Assembly (NCBI RefSeq): GCF_000186885.1 | Contig: NC_014972.1 | Coordinates: 1,650,001-1,682,000, forward strand | Source: Desulfobulbus propionicus DSM 2032 | GTDB lineage: Bacteria > Desulfobacterota > Desulfobulbia > Desulfobulbales > Desulfobulbaceae | Direction: 5' to 3' | DNA: 32,000 bases | The notes under the pieces: model-generated | The model's database searches: none | Seen by the model: only the letters and a program-made list of their open reading frames with translations | Told to the model about the DNA's origin: nothing | Shown: positions 1-6,897 of the stretch, one piece after another | Layout: each line of letters opens with the position of its first letter | Numbering within the stretch: position 1 is the stretch's first letter | Position numbers and translations under genes: made by a program

Positions 1-88
1 GAGCGGGGTGATCAATACCTACGCCCTGGGCAACACGCCGGTGGAAATGGTCAATGGCTCCGGCGGCCTGCTCAGCCGGCTGCACGAT
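1..88 (+). repeat. Direct repeat copy A (RHS pre-core segment), homologous to 2373-2460
   Basis: Manual alignment gives 85/88 identical, with mismatches at A6, A16 and A58. Homology may extend upstream of the window. A second block, A322-348, matches 2464-2490 (24/27). Confidence 0.9.
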
Positions 89-979
89 CCCCATCCCTCC
101 CGCTGGCACGGGACGCCACCGCAATACCGGCCACTATTGGCCCTGGCCTCGGAGTCGCTGGCCGGGATGCTGACCACCACGTCAACCCCGGTTACCGCCA
201 CGCCCCAGGTGGTCTATTATCTCAACGATCACTTGGGCACAGCGCAACTGCTCGTCGACGCCGCAGGGACCGTGATCTGGCAGGGCGACACCCAGCCCTT
301 TGGCCAGGTGACCGAGGTGATCAACCAGATCGATCACCGATTCCGCTTCCCCGGCCAGATGGTTGATCCTGAGAGCGGGTTGTATTACAACTGGCACAGG
401 TTTTATGATCCTTCCACGGGGAGGTACCTATCCGCTGACCTGATTGGGTTGAATGGGGGGATTAATCTCTTTGCTTATGTTGGTGGCGATCCGGTGAATT
501 TGATCGATTTAGAGGGACTTGCTGGTTGCAAGGTACTGTTTCCCAACATGCCTATTGATACAGGTATGGGTTTTACATCAACAAGTCTTGGAGGTCACGG
601 AGGAATTCTTACCTATGATACCAATGGTACAACTAAGTATTACGAGTATGGGCGTTATCCAGCGAGCCAAGCTGTTGGATCAGGCTTGCCTTCAGATGAA
701 GGCAATGTTCGTCGACTTAGCGTACCCAACCTACAGCTAGATAAAAACGGTCAACCAACCCCTGAGTCACTGGCGGCATTGAAAGAGTTTCTTGAGAAAA
801 AAGCTGGGAAGGATACAGATTCTGAGTTGACTTGTGACGCTAATGCTGATGAGAAAAAAATTCTTGATTATATTGATAAAATTTCCAAAGATCCGAAGCG
901 ACCTAAATATAAATGGAATCCATGGAACAGTAATCATTGTCGCGATTTTGCTACACGGGCATATAATTCAGGGCGATAA
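2..979 (+). CDS. 3' end of an RHS/YD-type polymorphic toxin (5' end upstream of window): RHS repeat-associated core followed by a variable C-terminal toxin domain
   Basis: The frame is open from base 2; the track starts it at an internal GTG at 8. YYLNDHLGTAQLLVD...FRFPGQMVDPESGLYYNWHRFYDPSTGRYLSADLIGLNGGINLFAYVGGDPVNLIDLEGL is the canonical RHS-core terminus, ending at nt 520. The 152 aa after it (521-976) are unrelated, AT-rich and end ...NSNHCRDFATRAYNSGR. Confidence 0.85.
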   Translation, partial: SGVINTYALGNTPVEMVNGSGGLLSRLHDPHPSRWHGTPPQYRPLLALASESLAGMLTTTSTPVTATPQVVYYLNDHLGTAQLLVDAAGTVIWQGDTQPFGQVTEVINQIDHRFRFPGQMVDPESGLYYNWHRFYDPSTGRYLSADLIGLNGGINLFAYVGGDPVNLIDLEGLAGCKVLFPNMPIDTGMGFTSTSLGGHGGILTYDTNGTTKYYEYGRYPASQAVGSGLPSDEGNVRRLSVPNLQLDKNGQPTPESLAALKEFLEKKAGKDTDSELTCDANADEKKILDYIDKISKDPKRPKYKWNPWNSNHCRDFATRAYNSGR

Positions 980-981
980 AC

Positions 982-1323
982 ATGAAGAAATTGACGCTGT
1001 TTCTTTTGCTTTCTCTATCTGTTAGTATAATTTGCTGTGCTTTTTTTGCCTATTTTTGGATAGATAGGTCTATCTCTCTTGACTATCTCCAACAATCTTA
1101 TGAAACTGAGCGAAGTTCTGTAGCAAATTTACAAAAATTAATTGCTTCGGAATGGAAGGGTTTACCTGAAGGGCAAGTACAAAAAAAACTAGAGCAAGTA
1201 GCAGCTAAATCGCCAGAACGTCGCATTGTTGTAAAAAAAGAGGGTTCGATCATTTGGTTCGATCAGGTTCCTTTCAATATCGAGCAAGGAAGACTCGATA
1301 GCGTGGGGCCAAGTACTCGTTAA
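982..1323 (+). CDS. Putative cognate immunity protein (small, N-terminally membrane-anchored)
   Basis: ATG lies 2 nt after the toxin stop. It shares the AT-rich composition of the toxin tip. The N-terminal hydrophobic helix is MKKLTLFLLLSLSVSIICCAFFAYFWI. The position immediately 3' of a polymorphic toxin is the classic immunity slot. No recognisable family. Confidence 0.55.
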   Translation: MKKLTLFLLLSLSVSIICCAFFAYFWIDRSISLDYLQQSYETERSSVANLQKLIASEWKGLPEGQVQKKLEQVAAKSPERRIVVKKEGSIIWFDQVPFNIEQGRLDSVGPSTR

Positions 1324-2372
1324 CCTGTTATTTAGAGGAGTTCAGGGTAAACCCGATAAGGCGGGCACAGCCCCACCGTGGCCGCCGTTACTCATCTTTC
1401 CCCCCTCGCGCGGCGACAAGCCACGGGCAATATTCTCAATCGCCATTCCCCAGGCGTGTAGGTATAGGGGGAGATCTTGAACCTTGAATCGTTCCAGAGA
1501 GTCTTCTCTGCATGACCCAACCACTCCGCATAGAACCGCCTGACGTCGCAGACCTTGCCCAAAGCAAGATAACGTCTATACGGTGTGTTGCAACGTACGC
1601 AACAAGCAGGCCGGGCTTGTCGATGCCGCACGATAAGGGGACACATTTATTTCCTCGGCCTCCGGCTCCTACCTCAATCAGTCGGTCACCACCTCCAGCA
1701 CCGGCGAGGCGGCGTACAACCTGGCCGATGGCAGTTACCGGGTCACGGCCAACTATCCGGGGTATGAATACAGCACCGATCCGTTCACCGTCCCCCTGGT
1801 CGCCTCCCAGGCCCTGGCTATTCCCCACCTGGCCCACACGGTCTCGGTGGTCCGGAGCTACCAGAACAACCGCGTGGCCTTGGCCAACATCGAGGCCACG
1901 CTGTGCACTGTGGACGGTACCCCCCTGGCGCTCACCGCCGCCACCGGAGCCGACGTCACCCTGCAATGGAGTCTTCCGGCACAGGCCTATGCGGTTCAGG
2001 CGCGCTATCTGGGGCGAACCTATCTCAGCGAGCCCTTCACCAGCGGCAACCCGACCGTGCTCATCCCCGAGGGCTTGGCCAGGATGACGCTGCTCCTGGG
2101 TGGGGCCGCCCTGCCCAACACCCAGGTGGTGGCGATCAGCGATAGCGATCCCGACCATCCCCAAAGCCTGACCAGCGATGCCAGCGGCGTGGCCTTCTTT
2201 GCGGTGGAGGCCGGGACCTATCGGGTCAAGGCCTGGCGTCTGGTGCGCTGTACACCAGTAAAGGAACGGCCCTGGGCCAGGAACTGAGCACCGGGGCCGA
2301 CGGCCAGGTCTGCTTCACCCTGCCCGAGAGCAGCTACAAGCTGCGTGTCGGCTACAACGATCAGCAGTTCTG

Positions 2373-2460
2373 GAGCGAGGTGATCAACACCTACGCCCTG
2401 GGCAACACGCCGGTGGAAATGGTCAATGGTTCCGGCGGCCTGCTCAGCCGGCTGCACGAT
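2373..2460 (+). repeat. Direct repeat copy B of window nt 1-88
   Basis: 85/88 identity to 1-88. It is immediately followed (2464-2490) by the homolog of 322-348. Copy B therefore carries a ~233-bp internal deletion relative to copy A, which is not a multiple of 3. Confidence 0.9.
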
Positions 2461-2513
2461 TCCCAACCAGATCGACCACAGGTTCCGCTTTTTCCTTCCA
2501 TGTTTGAGAGTTA

Positions 2514-2520
2514 TTATGAA
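2514..2520. repeat. Target-site duplication, left copy (TTATGAA)
   Basis: An identical heptamer directly abuts both IS ends (2514-2520 and 3767-3773). Confidence 0.75.
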
Positions 2521-2538
2521 TCACTGCTGTCTCATAAA
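2521..2538. repeat. IS left terminal inverted repeat
   Basis: TCACTGCTGTCTCATAAA is the exact reverse complement of 3749-3766. Confidence 0.9.
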
Positions 2539-2622
2539 AAATGAAGATAAGGAGGCTCGGAGAGCTGCTTGGCGGTATAATGATTTTGCATAAAGATCAT
2601 ACAAACCAAGGAGATCCGAGCC

Positions 2623-3755
2623 ATGGCCTATAGCGATACCGTCCTCAAGCAATTGCTTACACTTGTCCCAAGATATGAATTTGACACACTGGCTCAACTG
2701 CATCACGCGGGACAGAATTTCCGTTCCTACAACCGCTGGAGTCAATTCCTAGCCATGCTGATCGGCCAGCTTTCCGGCAGAAAAAGCCTCCGGGATATCA
2801 CCGATAATCTCATGGCACAGGGCAAGCGGCTCTATCATCTTGGTATGAAGCGAACCACTAAAGCAACCTTGGCTCGGGTCAACGCAGAGCAACCCGCTGC
2901 TCTCAAGCACTGTTCGCCAAGCTGCTGGACAGGTGCCAACTGGTAGCGCCCAAACACCGCTTCTCCTTCAAAGGCAAGCTGTACCTGCTTGATGCCACGG
3001 TGATCAACCTTTGCCTCGCCGCCTTTCCCTGGGCCGAATTCAGGCAGAAAAAGGGAGCCATCAAACTGCATGTCGGCCTGGATGCCGATGGGCATCTTCC
3101 GGTCTTCATGGACATGACCAAGGGGAAGGAACACGAGATCAACTGGGCCAGGACCCTGCAACTCCCCAAGGGCTCCTTTGTCTGCATTGATCGCGGCTTC
3201 ACCGATTACCGCTGGCACAGCGACCTGACCGCTAACGCCGTTTTCTTTGTTTCGCGGCTGAAAAGCAATGCCGATGTCCAATACCTGCTTAAACGGGCCG
3301 GGCGAAGGAGCGCTGGGATCACCAACGATCAGACCATCCGGCTCAAAGGGGTTGAGCAGCCGTTGCGTCTGGTCGCTTATACCGACCCGGCGACCGGCAT
3401 CGAGTATCGGTTTGTCACCAACGCCCACCACCTGAAAGCCAAGGAGATCACCCAAATCTACAAAGAGCGCTGGCAGATCGAATTGTTTTTCAAATGGATC
3501 AAGCAAAACCTGAAGATCAAGACTTTCCTCGGCACCACAAGCAACGCGGTGTTGACCCAGGTTTGGATTGCCCTCTGTGTCTACCTCATGCTGGCTTACC
3601 TGAAATTCAAAGCCAAATTAGGCAATTCCATGCAACAGATACTTCGCCTACTACAACTCAACCTCTTCGCGAGAAGAGATTTGATCGAATTGTTTAAACC
3701 TCCATCAACTCAAACAACTGTTTCTCCACAAATTTTACTGTGGAGAAATTTATGA
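2623..3755 (+). pseudogene. IS4-family DDE transposase, disrupted by a single frameshift near nt 2905
   Basis: ORF 2623-2946 (MAYSDTVLKQLLTLVPRYEFDTLAQLHHAGQNFRSYNRWSQF..., DUF4372-type N-terminus) loses frame at ...EQPAAL. The other frame continues ALFAKLLDRCQLVAPKHRFSFKGKLYLLDATVINLCLAAFPWAEFRQKKGAIKLHVGLD...YKERWQIELFFKWIKQNLKIKTFLG (DDE_Tnp_1 C-terminal signature). The local sequence ctc-aa-gca-ctg implies a 1-nt deletion. Confidence 0.85.
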
Positions 3756-3766
3756 GACAGCAGTGA
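3749..3766. repeat. IS right terminal inverted repeat
   Basis: TTTATGAGACAGCAGTGA is the exact reverse complement of 2521-2538. Confidence 0.9.
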
Positions 3767-3773
3767 TTATGAA
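3767..3773. repeat. Target-site duplication, right copy (TTATGAA); contains the ATG of the downstream gene
   Basis: Identical to 2514-2520. ATG 3769-3771 starts MNIALTTTGS... Confidence 0.75.
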
Positions 3774-4134
3774 TATTGCCCTAACGACAACCGGTTCCAC
3801 GCTCGACAGCGCGGTGACTGATGAATTTGCCCGCGCACTTTATTTGCTCCTTGTCAATGTCGAAACCATGACCTGCATTCCCATCGAACATACCATGTCC
3901 CCTGGTTCTGACTGTGAACTGGCCCGGATCGTCTTAACTCATCGTTGCGAAGCGATTATCACCGGCACATTGACCGAGGCGGCCTTTGCCATCCTCGCTG
4001 ACGACGGGGTGACCCGCTATCGGGCAAGAAACATGACCGCACGGGAGGCTTTGGACGCAATGGAAAGAAGAGAGCTGGATCTGATTCGCAATGCGGACGG
4101 CTCGGGTGCATGTTCGGGAAGCCATCATCATTGA
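3769..4134 (+). CDS. NifX/NifB-type (dinitrogenase Fe-Mo cofactor biosynthesis domain, PF02579-like) small protein
   Basis: MNIALTTTGSTLDSAVTDEFARALYLLLVNVETM...CEAIITGTLTEAAFAILADDGVTRY...AREALDAMERRELD follows the NifX_NifB family pattern (MKIAv.s.g..ld..v..hFGra..f.ivd.et......aviag.iG..a...L...Gi.vy). The track start GTG 3763 lies inside the IS right IR, so ATG 3769 is preferred. Confidence 0.65.
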   Translation: MNIALTTTGSTLDSAVTDEFARALYLLLVNVETMTCIPIEHTMSPGSDCELARIVLTHRCEAIITGTLTEAAFAILADDGVTRYRARNMTAREALDAMERRELDLIRNADGSGACSGSHHH

Positions 4135-4218
4135 TTAACCCTCCCCGCAACCTGTCCGTAATGAAGGGAACGACTGCGTGGCAATCGCTTTCTTTTTTCA
4201 GGAGGGGTTACGGGGGCG

Positions 4219-5649
4219 TCATTTTACACCCGCTGCACTCGGCTGATTCCGTTGGGCGTGTTCTTTATCGGGCACAGGGAGCAGGAGCATCCCGTCCAGT
4301 CGGTCAAGGGTCGTCCCTTTTGACAAGGACAATTCCTTGCCAGCCTCCAAGGTGCTTACAATGGTCCTGCCGATGATGAATTTCTGCTCGGGGCAGTTGG
4401 TGGGCCTGTAGGCCAGCCCCCAGGCGGTATGCAAGATGACCGGCTTGCTGTTGTGGAGACCCACGTACAGCATGATATGGCCTTTATGATGGAGAAGGGT
4501 TCGAAAGGGGATGCCCTGCTCTCGGATGCGGAGTTCCTTGTCGCTGGTGGAGAGACCCGCCAGCGGCACAAACGGGCCTGAAGTAATCTGTTTGTACGAA
4601 TTGCGCGGCAACCAGATGCCGAAGGCAAGGAAGAAGTCTCTGGTGGTGGCCGAGCAGTCGCGGTTTCGGTACAGCTCGCCCCAGCCGTAGTCGGTTTTGA
4701 GGAGTTCGTTGCCGATGAGCGTCACATTTTCGGAGTTGAGCGGCAACGGATGGCGGCGGGCGTCATTCTTGGCGATGCGCGCTGTGGCGAGGGTGGCATG
4801 TTGATCGTCGCCAACTACCGCCACATCGACCAGCCAATGATCGGCCTCTTCCTTCACCAATGGGTAGAGGGTGCCGATTTTCGGCTGGGGCAAGATCTTG
4901 CTCTGTGTGGTCTGAATCGATGAATAGTCCCTGACGACAACGAGTTGCGGTGCATTGGCCAACCGGTTTCGCACCGATTCATCGACCAGCCTGATGGCCT
5001 CGGGATCCACCCACCCGTTGGCATAGGACGTTTCGATGTACAACCAAGCGCCATCCGTGGTTGCATGCAGGAGGCGAACAGGTTCGTTGGGCTTGATTTC
5101 TGCGAACTGGAGATGGTCAAAGGGAACGTCGTCCGGGGTTTCGTAAAACGGCCTCATGGTGGGCAGGATTCGGATGAACGAGGGTTTGATCGCGATCCCC
5201 AATTGATTCATGGAAGGAAAACGCTCCAAGTCAGCAAGAGCCAAGAGATGCTGCATGCGGGTTGGCTCAACGATCAGCCGATTCTCCCCATACCATGTTT
5301 GTGCGGCGAGCTGCCTGACCCCCTCGGCCACTGTCGTGGTCTCGAAAAGTGGTGCGGTCGTTGTCCATGGAGTAAAATATTGCTGATGAAATTGCCGCGC
5401 TGCCTGGCGCTGCTCATCGGCACGCATGGTTTGCTTGAACACCGCGGCGAATGGACCGATGTCCTGGGGGATGGTCTGCAAATCGTTGATCGTGGTACTG
5501 GTCGCAAGCGTCTGCGGACAGGTCGCTTTTTCGGGAGACGAGGCGCGCTGCCGCGGAGACGGTCGATCCCAATGCAATAGTGAGACGGCCCAGATGAAGA
5601 GCGCCAGGGTTACGGCGGCAATCAACCAGGTGCTGAGCAAGCGGTTCAT
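4219..5649 (-). CDS. NlpC/P60 (C40) cell-wall peptidase with N-terminal membrane anchor and SH3b-type modules
   Basis: The C-terminus DYGWGELYRNRDCSATTRDFFLAFGIWLPRNS...HHKGHIMLYVG...VILHTAWG shows the Cys/His/His arrangement of NlpC/P60. The N-terminal TM segment is MNRLLSTWLIAAVTLALFIWAV. The 476-aa length matches the N_NLPC_P60 + SH3 + C40 subfamily. Confidence 0.85.
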   Translation of the reverse strand: MNRLLSTWLIAAVTLALFIWAVSLLHWDRPSPRQRASSPEKATCPQTLATSTTINDLQTIPQDIGPFAAVFKQTMRADEQRQAARQFHQQYFTPWTTTAPLFETTTVAEGVRQLAAQTWYGENRLIVEPTRMQHLLALADLERFPSMNQLGIAIKPSFIRILPTMRPFYETPDDVPFDHLQFAEIKPNEPVRLLHATTDGAWLYIETSYANGWVDPEAIRLVDESVRNRLANAPQLVVVRDYSSIQTTQSKILPQPKIGTLYPLVKEEADHWLVDVAVVGDDQHATLATARIAKNDARRHPLPLNSENVTLIGNELLKTDYGWGELYRNRDCSATTRDFFLAFGIWLPRNSYKQITSGPFVPLAGLSTSDKELRIREQGIPFRTLLHHKGHIMLYVGLHNSKPVILHTAWGLAYRPTNCPEQKFIIGRTIVSTLEAGKELSLSKGTTLDRLDGMLLLPVPDKEHAQRNQPSAAGVK

Positions 5650-5814
5650 GCCATTCTTGTGTGCATAAAAGGAGGAAAGGGCGGCTGAAAGGCGACAACG
5701 GCGCGTTCTAGTCGAAGCGCCCGGCTGTCATCCGTTACAAGATGCAAGGGCACGCGATCAACGGCTCTGCAATGAAAAAAGCAGGGCAAGCTACCCGGAC
5801 GATTGTCGAGGCTG

Positions 5815-6276
5815 TCAGTCACGGATCGTCCTTTTTTGCTCCGCTGCATCGTCGTTCGGCCGCGCCCGGCAGCCAAAGGCACTTCGCAACAACTGCTTCA
5901 CGGCATGGCGATCGCCAGCGGTCAGGGAGACGATTTTCGCGCCCGTCTGCATGAGGGCCATGGTCAGCAAGGCGCTCAGCAGCACGCCGAAGCAGTAAAT
6001 GAGCAAGGCGATGAGGTTGGCCAGGGGAATGGTTCGTTCGGTCAGCTTGATATCGAACGCCTTGCCGCCGAAGCTTGTCGCCAACTGCGCAATGGGATCG
6101 GTCAGGGAAGCCGGGGTGTGCAGCAGGGTAAAAATGAGCCGAAACACGTCAACGGCATAGTTGAGCCCGATGACGATCACCGCCAAGCCGATACAGGTGG
6201 CCAGAAGACTGATCATCTTTTTCAAGGTTTCCACTCCGGACACCGCGTTTTCTCTCTGTTCCGATAACACCTTCAT
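5815..6276 (-). CDS. Hypothetical integral membrane protein (153 aa)
   Basis: This is the 3' part of the 631-aa track ORF. ATG 6276 is preceded by GGAGGTG. It reads MKVLSEQRENAVSGVETLKKMISLLATCIGLAVIVIGLNYAV...LANLIALLIYCFGVLLSALLTMALM, with at least two clear hydrophobic helices. The remainder of the 631-aa ORF is antisense to real genes. Confidence 0.5.
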   Translation of the reverse strand: MKVLSEQRENAVSGVETLKKMISLLATCIGLAVIVIGLNYAVDVFRLIFTLLHTPASLTDPIAQLATSFGGKAFDIKLTERTIPLANLIALLIYCFGVLLSALLTMALMQTGAKIVSLTAGDRHAVKQLLRSAFGCRARPNDDAAEQKRTIRD

Positions 6277-6309
6277 CACCTCCGTCGAACCGGTATTGAG
6301 GAAAAAAGA

Positions 6310-6732
6310 ATGGAATTGGACATACGTTTGAACTGCCTCGATGTGGACTGGGCAACTGTCGCCGCAACTCTCAAAAGCGTCGGGATGGCGCATTTTCCGC
6401 CCGAGGTGCACAAAAAATCGTTTGAAGCCAGTCATGCCACCGTCTTTGTCCGGAACAAGGGCCGGCTCGTCGGCTTTGGCCGGGCCATTTCCGATGGGAT
6501 TCGCCAGGCCGCGGTCTATGATGTCGCGGTGGTTCCCGAATATCAAGGGCAGGGGATCGGCACGGTGATCCTGCGAACTATCCTGGGGAATGTGCCAAAT
6601 TGCAATGTCATTTTGTATGCATCCCCCGGCAAGGAGGATTTTTATCGCACCCTCGGGTTTCGGCGGATGCAAACGGGCATGGCCCTGTTCACGAACCCCG
6701 AGTTGATGGCGGAGAAGGGATTCACCGAATAG
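6310..6732 (+). CDS. GNAT-family N-acetyltransferase
   Basis: AVYDVAVVPEYQGQGIGTVILRTIL...ILYASPGKEDFYRTLGFR is the acetyl-CoA binding motif A (Q/R-x-x-G-x-G/A) plus motif B of GNATs. Confidence 0.85.
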   Translation: MELDIRLNCLDVDWATVAATLKSVGMAHFPPEVHKKSFEASHATVFVRNKGRLVGFGRAISDGIRQAAVYDVAVVPEYQGQGIGTVILRTILGNVPNCNVILYASPGKEDFYRTLGFRRMQTGMALFTNPELMAEKGFTE

Positions 6733-6897
6733 CGCTTCCGGCGGGCCCGCGCATTTGGGCGGGAAGGAATCGGGCGTTGCCGCGCGGTCGCCAACAGCCT
6801 CTTCGCCCTGGCGGGTCTTGGCCGCGTATATTATAGTGCGCCGCCCCGCCAGTTCTGATCGCCGCTGGCCAAACAACCGCCAAGGAGTGCCGTTTCC

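Larger units (their letters stand above)
1637..2544 (+). pseudogene. Orphan, 5'-truncated and frameshifted duplicate of the RHS-type gene (beta-sandwich repeat region plus start of the RHS core)
   Basis: Frame 2 is open from 1637 with no start context: ...SSTGEAAYNLADGSYRVTANYPGYEYSTDPF...SDASGVAFFAVEAGTYRVKA (CarboxypepD_reg/Big-like repeats). It stops at 2287. The reading continues in frame 1 from about 2245 (ALYTSKGTALGQELSTGADGQVCFTLPESSYKLRVGYNDQQFWSEVINTYALGNTPVEMVNGSGGLLSRLHD), which duplicates window nt 1-88. The sequence then jumps to the NQIDHRFRF segment out of frame and ends at 2544 inside the IS. Confidence 0.7.
2521..3766 (+). mobile_element. IS4-family insertion sequence (1246 bp) with an inactivated transposase
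   Basis: Perfect 18-bp terminal inverted repeats: TCACTGCTGTCTCATAAA at 2521-2538 and its reverse complement at 3749-3766. It is flanked by the 7-bp TSD TTATGAA. It encodes a DUF4372 + DDE transposase split into two ORFs. Confidence 0.85.

Noticed and set aside
1436-2164. 242-aa minus ORF and 191-aa plus ORF (1512-2087) over the orphan fragment
   Set aside because: Pro/Arg/Gly-rich shadow frames. The frame with recognisable beta-sandwich repeats and the duplicated RHS segment explains this region better.
4135-4218. Long-range complementarity (AACCCTCC ... GGAGGGGTT) between the convergent NifX-like and NlpC/P60 genes
   Set aside because: The loop is about 55 nt and the arms are imperfect. 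This is not a convincing terminator.
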